A stretch of DNA of 24,056 bases from a virus (lineage: Duplodnaviria > Caudoviricetes): positions 1 to 24,056 of the IMG/VR virus record IMGVR_UViG_3300037483_000257, one strand, 5' to 3'. Numbering within the stretch: the stretch's first letter is position 1; each line of letters starts with the position of its first letter. Below the pieces are notes generated by a model. It saw only the letters and a program-made list of their open reading frames with translations. It was not told where the DNA came from and ran no database searches. Below are positions 1 to 5,379 of this stretch, in pieces. A program made the position numbers and the translations under genes.

Positions 1-272
1 TGGCCGTCCACCTGGCCGTCCACCTGGCCGCGCACCTGGCCGCGCACCTGGCCGTCCACCTGGCCGCCCACCTGGCCGCGCACCTGGCCGCCCACCTGGC
101 CGCCCACCTGGCCGCGCACCTGGCCGTCCACCTGGCCGCCCACCTGGCCGTCCACCTGGCCGTCCACCTGGCCGTCCACCTGGCCGCCCACCTGGCCGTC
201 CACCTGGCCGCCCACCTGGCCGCCCACCTGGCCGTCCACCTGGCCGCGCACCTGGCCGTACACCTGGCCGCG
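1..272. repeat. 12-bp coding tandem repeat TGGCCGNNCACC, 22 full units plus a partial one
   Basis: Read directly. NN = TC x9, CC x7, CG x5, TA x1. Encodes V-[D/G/R/Y]-G-Q on the minus strand. Confidence 0.98.
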
Positions 273-521
273 ACGGCGCAGAGCAGCCGCCACGATCTCC
301 GGTGCGATGGCCTGGCCGATGACTCCGGCCCACGGTGAGTCCAGCCAGATCACGATCCGGGGTGGGGTGAGCCCCGCTGCCCGGTATGCCTCGGCGAGGC
401 CCTGTTCGGCCATGGCCCGATCTGCGGGGCCGGTTGACAGGCCGATGGCCAGCCACTTGTCGCGGATGGTCGGGAGGATGGCTTCCTGCTCGGGAGTGAG
501 CGAGTTGATTCGAGTGGCCAT
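1..521 (-). CDS. DUF6745-like protein with VxGQ tetrapeptide repeats (partial, runs off the left edge)
   Basis: Not in the ORF track. ATG at 521 overlaps the upstream stop (TGATG). Translates MATRINSLTPEQEAILPTIRDKWLAIGLSTGPADRAMAEQGLAEAYRAAGLTPPRIVIWLDSPWAG...RRRGQVYGQVRGQVDGQ... The LTPEQ..KW..IGLST..ADR..AY..AGL..P..IW.DSP N-terminus followed by VxxQ repeats is the pattern I recognise from DUF6745 proteins. Confidence 0.75.
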   Translation of the reverse strand, partial: MATRINSLTPEQEAILPTIRDKWLAIGLSTGPADRAMAEQGLAEAYRAAGLTPPRIVIWLDSPWAGVIGQAIAPEIVAAALRRRGQVYGQVRGQVDGQVGGQVGGQVDGQVGGQVDGQVDGQVDGQVGGQVDGQVRGQVGGQVGGQVRGQVGGQVDGQVRGQVRGQVDGQVDG

Positions 522-814
522 CAGGCGACCTCAGCCTCGGTGTCGTGGCGGATGGGGATGGGCGTCGTGTCCGGCCCGTCGATGGCCGCGAGCGATAGCC
601 CGGCGGGTTCGGTGGGGGTGATGGGCCCATCGCGCCAGGGGTATTCCTCGCGGATGTACGCGGCGGTGATCTCGGGCTGTGACAGGGCGAGGTAGTAGGC
701 GGCGGCCAGGGTGCCGTCGGTGCGGAGCAGGTCGTCGATGGTGGGCCCGAGCTCGGCGGCGAGCTGGTCGAGGGTGGGTTCGGCTGGCCTGGTGTAGGCG
801 GTGATCGTCTTCAC
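521..814 (-). CDS. hypothetical early protein, 97 aa (VKTITAYTRP...EAEVA)
   Basis: C-terminal part of track ORF 521..1036. GTG at 814 lies just after the stop of the upstream gene, and its stop overlaps the next ATG. Confidence 0.65.
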   Translation of the reverse strand: MKTITAYTRPAEPTLDQLAAELGPTIDDLLRTDGTLAAAYYLALSQPEITAAYIREEYPWRDGPITPTEPAGLSLAAIDGPDTTPIPIRHDTEAEVA

Positions 815-818
815 CGGG

Positions 819-1265
819 TCACCCCCACGCCGCGGCCGCGGCCTGCTCGGTGGCCAGGATCGGTGTGCAGTCCCAACGGCACTCCTCGACCTCGCGGGTA
901 ACCTCAACGAGGGGGACGGCGGCGAGCGCGTCCGGGTCGGGGACGGTCTCGGTGATGGTCTTGGTGCCGGTGACGACCCGGGTGCAGGCGGAGGTCCGCC
1001 AGACGACGATCTGGTATCGGGCGTGCTGGTCCTCACTGCGCAGGGTCATGAGCTGGTCGCCGACGCCCTTGTCCCAGCGCCCGCCGAGCGCGCGGCGGAT
1101 CCGCGCCGCCTCGGTGACCTCGGAATCGCCGGTGGGCAGCCACTTGAACGTTGGCTTGCCATGGCCGATGTCCTCGATGCTGTACGGCATGTCGATGTCG
1201 GGGTCGTTGGCGAGCCGGTCGAGGACGGCGCGGATCGCGGTGATGGTGGTGTGCCGGTCGGTCAT
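819..1265 (-). CDS. hypothetical actinophage early protein, 148 aa
   Basis: ATG at 1265 preceded by GGAG. Protein-like composition (RALGGRWDK...CTRVVTGT...WDCTPIL). Confidence 0.75.
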   Translation of the reverse strand: MTDRHTTITAIRAVLDRLANDPDIDMPYSIEDIGHGKPTFKWLPTGDSEVTEAARIRRALGGRWDKGVGDQLMTLRSEDQHARYQIVVWRTSACTRVVTGTKTITETVPDPDALAAVPLVEVTREVEECRWDCTPILATEQAAAAAWG

Positions 1266-1285
1266 GGGACACTCCGTTTCGGGAT

Positions 1286-1324
1286 GGCCTTCCGCGCCTG
1301 CGTTGTGTGGTGGTGCGGGAGGCC
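1286..1324. other. 13-bp GC-rich stem-loop in a probable intergenic gap
   Basis: GGCCTTCCGCGCC...GGTGCGGGAGGCC, two G-U pairs on the + strand. Confidence 0.55.
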
Positions 1325-1333
1325 GTCTGGCTG

Positions 1334-1409
1334 TCAGGGCTTGCGGTGCGGGCACTTGGTCGGTGGCGTGCGAGTAGGACTGGCAGTGCTGGCACGGGTG
1401 GTCGTTCAC
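1334..1409 (-). pseudogene. frameshifted 24-aa CCHC zinc-knuckle micro-ORF
   Basis: GGGAGG RBS and GTG at 1409, then CQHCQSYSHATD. Removing one base near 1356-1358 gives [Q/K]CPHRKP-stop, completing CX2CX4HX4C. Confidence 0.5.
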
Positions 1410-1440
1410 GGCTTCCTCCCGGGTCGTGCACGATGTGGTC

Positions 1441-1486
1441 GGTCCCGGCGCCCGGGGGGTGTCCTGCCGGCCGGGCGCCGGGGACC
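1441..1486. other. 15-bp inverted repeat (hairpin, possible terminator or processing site)
   Basis: GGTCCCGGCGCCCGG ... CCGGGCGCCGGGGACC, with one bulge. Confidence 0.55.
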
Positions 1487-1489
1487 AGA

Positions 1490-1627
1490 TCAGGGGGACT
1501 GGACGGTGTCCTTGGGTGGTGGCAGTAGGTGTTCGATGTCGCAGCCGCCGCCGTCGATGACGAGCACGATCAGTGCGGCGGTGAGGACGGCGAGCGCGGC
1601 CGGGTGGCGGCGCAGGGTGGCGGTCAT
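1490..1627 (-). CDS. small membrane protein, 45 aa
   Basis: ATG overlaps the upstream stop (ATGA). Hydrophobic stretch ALAVLTAALIVLVI. Confidence 0.55.
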   Translation of the reverse strand: MTATLRRHPAALAVLTAALIVLVIDGGGCDIEHLLPPPKDTVQSP

Positions 1628-1893
1628 GCCGGGACCTGCAGGATCAGCAGCGCGGCGAAGACAGCGCCGGTCGCGGCCAGCAGCAGGCCCTTGGCCAGGA
1701 CGTCCCCGGCGCGGGTCCGGCGTACCGGCCGGAGGCACCTTCGGTGCAGGGTGATCGGCCCCCACAGCGGGTGGATCACGACCTGGTAGCGGCTGGTGCG
1801 CACAGGTCGGCGGCAGTGGTGGCAGCGGGTTCCGGCGATGGCCCGGCCGATGACGGCGTCCGCGCGTGCGTCGATGGCTCGGATGGGGTTCAC
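1624..1893 (-). CDS. small protein with CxxC...HxxC motif and C-terminal TM helix, 89 aa
   Basis: GTGA overlap at 1890-1893. Contains CHHC, HRRC and LLLAATGAVFAALLIL. Confidence 0.6.
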   Translation of the reverse strand: MNPIRAIDARADAVIGRAIAGTRCHHCRRPVRTSRYQVVIHPLWGPITLHRRCLRPVRRTRAGDVLAKGLLLAATGAVFAALLILQVPA

Positions 1894-2051
1894 GGTGACA
1901 CCACCAGGCCGATCGTGAGGATGCCGATGAGTGCGATCGAGGTGGCGACGGTGGCGGCGATGATCAGGCCGGCGACCTGCATGGGCCACGGCGCCGGGTA
2001 GTAGGCGGGGTCTGGGAGTGGGTGTCGGACCGGCGGCAGGGTGCGGGTCAC
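1890..2051 (-). CDS. small membrane protein, 53 aa
   Basis: GTGA overlap at 2048-2051. TM segment VAGLIIAATVATSIALIGILTIGLVV. Confidence 0.6.
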   Translation of the reverse strand: MTRTLPPVRHPLPDPAYYPAPWPMQVAGLIIAATVATSIALIGILTIGLVVSP

Positions 2052-2350
2052 CGGGCGCGGATGCAAATGATCGCGGCTTCGGTGAGGCGCACCGCGAGGG
2101 TCAGCGCGTCGTTGGGCTCGAGTTCGACGCCGTGTAGCTCGACGCCGCGCTTGTCGGCGTAGACGGCCGGGACGTCGCCGCTGGCGGGGTGCTTGTAGGT
2201 GGGTACAGGGCCGGTGAGACCGGTGACCTCCCACCCGTCGGGCAGCGCGGCCGGTGCTGGGCTGTCGAGCGCCTGGAGCACGGTCCGCCTGTCGGCGTGG
2301 TCGCGGGCGCCGGCCCGGGCCTGCTCGGTGGCCTGCTCGGCCGCGCTCAC
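2048..2350 (-). CDS. hypothetical protein, 100 aa
   Basis: GTGA overlap with the HTH gene stop at 2347-2350. Protein-like sequence (VSAAEQ...CIRAR). Confidence 0.65.
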   Translation of the reverse strand: MSAAEQATEQARAGARDHADRRTVLQALDSPAPAALPDGWEVTGLTGPVPTYKHPASGDVPAVYADKRGVELHGVELEPNDALTLAVRLTEAAIICIRAR

Positions 2351-2583
2351 GCCGCGCCTGCTGCTTGTGTGGCCTTGGCCTGGGCCTGGCGGGTGAGCGC
2401 GGCGGCGAGCGCTTCGACGTCGGCGCGGAGGAAGAGCATCGCGCCGTTCTCGCCGGATAGGCGCTGGACGGGGGTGATGCGGCCAGCGGCGGCCCACCGG
2501 CTGAGCGTTGAGCGGTCGATGGAGAGGATCTCGATGGCCTCTGTGGACCCCACGAGATCGGGGATTGCGGTGGGATCTGGCAT
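2347..2583 (-). CDS. Cro/excisionase-like helix-turn-helix protein (HTH_17 type)
   Basis: LVGSTEAIEILSIDRSTLSRWAAAGRITP...LFLRADVEAL is a typical winged-HTH Xis/Cro pattern. First gene of the early operon, divergent from the integrase remnant. Confidence 0.85.
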   Translation of the reverse strand: MPDPTAIPDLVGSTEAIEILSIDRSTLSRWAAAGRITPVQRLSGENGAMLFLRADVEALAAALTRQAQAKATQAAGAA

Positions 2584-2589
2584 GACCAG

Positions 2590-2619
2590 AGCCTTGCACA
2601 ATGTGCATCAACAGCGCAA
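2590..2619 (-). promoter_or_regulatory. candidate early (cro) promoter with operator palindrome TGCACA-A-TGTGCA (2595..2607)
   Basis: Minus strand reads TTGCGC-18 nt-AAGGCT-6 nt-ATG (leaderless geometry). The perfect palindrome lies between the boxes. The -10 match is weak. Confidence 0.5.
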
Positions 2620-2640
2620 GAGAACGTGTCATGGCGTGTT

Positions 2641-2910
2641 GCCGCATCACCCCGTCCCCGGCCGCGCGTCTGCCCCGGATCCACGTCCCGGAGGCGCAGC
2701 CCCGACCCGCATCGGACGACGACATTCGCCGTCCCGCACCAGCTGAGGCACGCTGCCGCGTCGGCCTGGCACGACGCCGGCCTGGACATGCTGGACATCC
2801 GCCCACTGCTCGGCCACGCCCGAGTCTCGACGACACAGCGATATGTCAGGGTCCGGCCCGAGCGGGCCACGAGCGCGATCGAGCAGGCCGCCCGCAGGTT
2901 CGCGGCCTGA
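2641..2910 (+). pseudogene. int: tyrosine integrase remnant (two out-of-frame fragments)
   Basis: One frame gives the linker RITPSPAARLPRIHVPEAQPRPASDDDIRR. Another gives the catalytic C-terminus PHQLRHAAASAWHDAGLDMLDIRPLLGHARVSTTQRY (HxxR, LLGH, Tyr). The N-terminal domain and box I Arg are absent. Confidence 0.85.
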
Positions 2911-2915
2911 CAGTA

Positions 2916-2944
2916 TTGACGACATCGTCTATCAGCGCTAGGGT
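2916..2944 (+). promoter_or_regulatory. sigma70/SigA-type promoter
   Basis: TTGACG (2916-2921), 17-nt spacer, TAGGGT (2939-2944). GGAGG RBS before the ATG at 2984. Confidence 0.7.
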
Positions 2945-2983
2945 CGAGTTATCGACATCGGATAATCGACACCGGAGGACACC

Positions 2984-3337
2984 ATGACCGACTACTTCGC
3001 AGCCAAGGCCCGCAGCGTCTTCACCGCAGCCTCCGGCGACCCGGACCTCAGCGGCCCGCTCGCCGCCTGGGCACGATACGCGCACGGTGTCGGCGACGCA
3101 CGCCGCGGAGTGATCGTCAGCGAGACCGGCGAGATCCTGGCCGAGACGCGCCACCACCCCGCCACGGTCAGCACCCCGGGCGCCACCTACTGCACGTCGG
3201 GCGGCGAGCGCGTGCAGGACCGTGAGCTGGGCCTGGCCATGGCCGCGCTGCAGAGCCGCACCGGCCTCAAGTGCATCCACGTCAAGTACTGGCAGGTCTG
3301 CACCGGGGCGTACCGCTTCATCCCGGCTTCCCGGTGA
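2984..3337 (+). CDS. hypothetical protein, 117 aa
   Basis: Strong RBS (GGAGGACACC-ATG), high-GC3 codon usage, GTGA overlap with the next gene. Confidence 0.8.
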   Translation: MTDYFAAKARSVFTAASGDPDLSGPLAAWARYAHGVGDARRGVIVSETGEILAETRHHPATVSTPGATYCTSGGERVQDRELGLAMAALQSRTGLKCIHVKYWQVCTGAYRFIPASR

Positions 3338-3519
3338 CCACCGAGACCAAGCGGAGGCCCGGCCGCCCCACCGTGGGCGGCCGGGTCACGGTCTCCCTCA
3401 GCCCGGACCGGCTGGCCAGGATCGACGCCGCCGCAGCGCTCGCCCGGATCAGCCGCGCGGAGATGCTCCGCCGGATCATCGACGCGGCCCTCGATGGCCG
3501 CACCATCACCGTGTCCTGA
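3334..3519 (+). CDS. ribbon-helix-helix (CopG-like) DNA-binding protein, 61 aa
   Basis: RRPGRPTVGGRVTVSLSPDRLARIDAAAALARISRAEMLRRIIDAAL shows the alternating beta-strand and SR(S/A)E-type helix motif. Confidence 0.8.
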   Translation: MTTETKRRPGRPTVGGRVTVSLSPDRLARIDAAAALARISRAEMLRRIIDAALDGRTITVS

Positions 3520-3531
3520 CAAAGCAATGGC

Positions 3532-3567
3532 GGCCCCCGGCGGGTGCGCGAACACCCACCGGAGGCC
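3532..3567. terminator. 15-bp stem-loop between the RHH and DUF2510 genes
   Basis: Minus strand GGCCTCCGGTGGGTG-TTCGCG-CACCCGCCGGGGGCC, fully paired when G-U is allowed. Confidence 0.5.
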
Positions 3568-3629
3568 TGGACCGACACGTCGGACGGGCGCGTACCGTGA
3601 CCGGCAGATCCAGTTCCCCGGGAGGGACC

Positions 3630-3905
3630 ATGAGCAGTATCCAGCACCAGAGCACGCCACCCGGCTGGTACCCGCACGGCCCGGTCATGCGCTACTGGGA
3701 CGGCCGGGCCTGGACCGAGCACACCGCGCCCGCCCAGCAGCAAGTGCAGCCCGCCACGGTGGTGCAGGTCGGCCAGCCCCGGTACGTGTCCGGGATCTCC
3801 ACGGGCGGGCACATCGTGCACATCACCCTGTCGGTCGTGACACTCGGCCTGTGGCTGCCGTTCTACGCCCTGTTCTACTGGCTGTCCCGCAAGCGGATCA
3901 CCTGA
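3630..3905 (+). CDS. DUF2510-domain membrane protein, 91 aa
   Basis: PPGWYP...RYWDGRAWTEH signature. C-terminal H..HI.LSVVTLGLWLP hydrophobic hairpin. GGAGGG RBS. Confidence 0.85.
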   Translation: MSSIQHQSTPPGWYPHGPVMRYWDGRAWTEHTAPAQQQVQPATVVQVGQPRYVSGISTGGHIVHITLSVVTLGLWLPFYALFYWLSRKRIT

Positions 3906-3906
3906 C

Positions 3907-3966
3907 CAAAACGCGGCAGCGGCCCCCCGCCTGGCCCACGGGGGGTTGGCCAGAACGGGGGGCCGC
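3907..3966 (-). terminator. late-operon terminator (possibly bidirectional)
   Basis: GCGGCCCCCCG (3919-3929) pairs with CGGGGGGCCGC (3956-3966), with an inner CTGGCC/GGCCAG stem. Lies between convergent genes, with a short T run downstream on the minus strand. Confidence 0.7.
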
Positions 3967-4014
3967 ACCATCCTGCCGCCCCGAGAGGGAACACGACAGG
4001 ACGGACTCAGAGGG

Positions 4015-4128
4015 TCAGAAGGCGGACCCGAACCGTGCCACCGCAGCGGACGGATCATCGACCGCGTCCTCGTCCCGCAGACGCTGCAATGCGGCGTCAA
4101 GCTGCGTCACCGGACAGTCGTCGCCCAT
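4015..4128 (-). CDS. FxSxx-COOH (FxsA-like) RiPP-precursor-like peptide, 37 aa
   Basis: MGDDCPVTQLDAALQRLRDEDAVDDPSAAVARFGSAF-stop. The ATG sits in a TGATG overlap. Terminal F-G-S-A-F follows an L..AL.R helix and an acidic linker. Confidence 0.7.
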   Translation of the reverse strand: MGDDCPVTQLDAALQRLRDEDAVDDPSAAVARFGSAF

Positions 4129-4151
4129 CAGGTGCCGCCCATCAGGTGCCG
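4122..4151. repeat. 14-bp perfect tandem duplication CGCCCATCAGGTGC x2, creating minigene MGGT (4128..4142, minus)
   Basis: Read directly from the sequence. Confidence 0.95.
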
Positions 4152-4387
4152 ACCTTCCGGACGGCCTGGTCGCGGATCGTCGCGCCGCCCAGGTTGTACG
4201 AACGGGTCAACGCGGTCACCGCGTTGATCACGAGCACCAGGACCGCGGCGGCGATGTTCGCGGCTGGGCCTCTCTCCCGCAGCATCGGCACCAGATCAGT
4301 CCCGGCCCACGCGGCCAGCTGCACCACCAGCATCAGCAGCAGGTCACGTGCCCACGTCGGCATCCGATCCAGCAGGCCAGGGTTCAT
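4142..4387 (-). CDS. putative holin, 81 aa, 2 TM
   Basis: ATGA overlap at 4384-4387. Two hydrophobic segments and a basic C-tail, in the lysis cassette. Confidence 0.65.
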   Translation of the reverse strand: MNPGLLDRMPTWARDLLLMLVVQLAAWAGTDLVPMLRERGPAANIAAAVLVLVINAVTALTRSYNLGGATIRDQAVRKVGT

Positions 4388-4638
4388 CGCAGCGAACCTC
4401 CCTTGATCAGGACCAGGCCGAGGACGGCCGTGATCACGGCCGTGAGCACGACGGCGATCCCCGGATAGATCACTTTCTCCAGCCGTGCCACCCGCTCGGT
4501 CAGCACGGCCATCCGCGAGACCACCTGGGACTCGACCTCTTTGATGACGTCGTCGCGGAGCGCCTCGACGGTGCTGGTGAGCCGCTCGACGCCCCGCCAC
4601 ACTTCGCCGAGGGTCACATCCTGCGGTGGGTCGGCCAT
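4384..4638 (-). CDS. lysis-associated membrane protein (coiled coil plus C-terminal TM), 84 aa
   Basis: Heptad-like N-terminus and TM segment IYPGIAVVLTAVITAVLGLVLI, directly after the endolysin. Confidence 0.7.
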   Translation of the reverse strand: MADPPQDVTLGEVWRGVERLTSTVEALRDDVIKEVESQVVSRMAVLTERVARLEKVIYPGIAVVLTAVITAVLGLVLIKGGSLR

Positions 4639-4642
4639 CGGA

Positions 4643-5362
4643 TCAGGGCTGCAGCTGGCGGATCAGCTCAGCGGCGATCTCGGCGGCAGTCGGGCCGGCC
4701 CCGGCCGGCTGGGTGGCCAACGCTGCGAGGGACGCCTTGATGGTCTTGACCTCGGCGGCGAGCGCCGTCACACCGTCGTTGGCGCGCTTGGCGTTCAGGT
4801 AGCCCAGAGCCCAGATCGCGTTGTACGACTGTTCGCCGATCCCGGACCCGAAGGTCTCCTTGTGGGCGCCGATCAGCTCGGCGTCAGCGTCAGTGATGGG
4901 CATGTCGTCCTCCAGAAGAGTGGCCAGTCCCAGGGTGCCGGACCATTCATCGGCCGCCTGCGTGTAGTCGCCGGACAGGTGCACGTGGGTGGCGTGCGGG
5001 TTGGATCCGGTGTAGTCGCGGGTCACCCACCCGTCTTTCCGGGACCAGATCCGGCCCGAATAGATGATGTACCTGAGCGGGATGTAGACGCCGCGTCGGG
5101 CGCGGCGGAGTAGGTACTGGACCACCTGCTCCATGGTCACGGTGGACTTCAGGTCCACGTCGATGTCGATGGCGCGGACCTCGTCCTTAGCGTCCCCATC
5201 CTTGTACTCGGCGTTGCCGGTCCGGTCAGGGTTGTGCCCCGAGGTGGACCCCTGGTGCGCGGTGTTCCCGACTGTCCCGTCGGACGCCCGGTCCCGGTCG
5301 GGGAACACCGCGTTGAACTCGGCGCGGACGGTGGTCAGGCCCTTGGTGAGCACCCAAGCCAT
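4643..5362 (-). CDS. endolysin, Zn-peptidase (M15-like) type
   Basis: FP.RDRASDG..G...H....SGHNPD...VRAIDID...RYIIYSGRIWS...YTGSNPH..HVHLS pattern known from actinophage lysins. GGGAGGAG RBS. Lies before the holin-like genes. Confidence 0.8.
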   Translation of the reverse strand: MAWVLTKGLTTVRAEFNAVFPDRDRASDGTVGNTAHQGSTSGHNPDRTGNAEYKDGDAKDEVRAIDIDVDLKSTVTMEQVVQYLLRRARRGVYIPLRYIIYSGRIWSRKDGWVTRDYTGSNPHATHVHLSGDYTQAADEWSGTLGLATLLEDDMPITDADAELIGAHKETFGSGIGEQSYNAIWALGYLNAKRANDGVTALAAEVKTIKASLAALATQPAGAGPTAAEIAAELIRQLQP

Positions 5363-5379
5363 TCGTTACTCCTCCCGGA

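Noticed and set aside
1-272. Possible CRISPR array or iteron set
   Set aside because: The units are 12 bp with no spacers, are codon-phased inside an ORF, and there are no cas genes.
2626-2910. Intact 94-aa mini-recombinase as listed in the ORF track
   Set aside because: The first ~35 aa are out-of-frame junk and the box I Arg is missing, so a deletion remnant is the better explanation.
2911-2983. attP site downstream of the integrase
   Set aside because: No tRNA-like core is recognisable, and the features fit a promoter/operator better. It cannot be excluded without a host genome.
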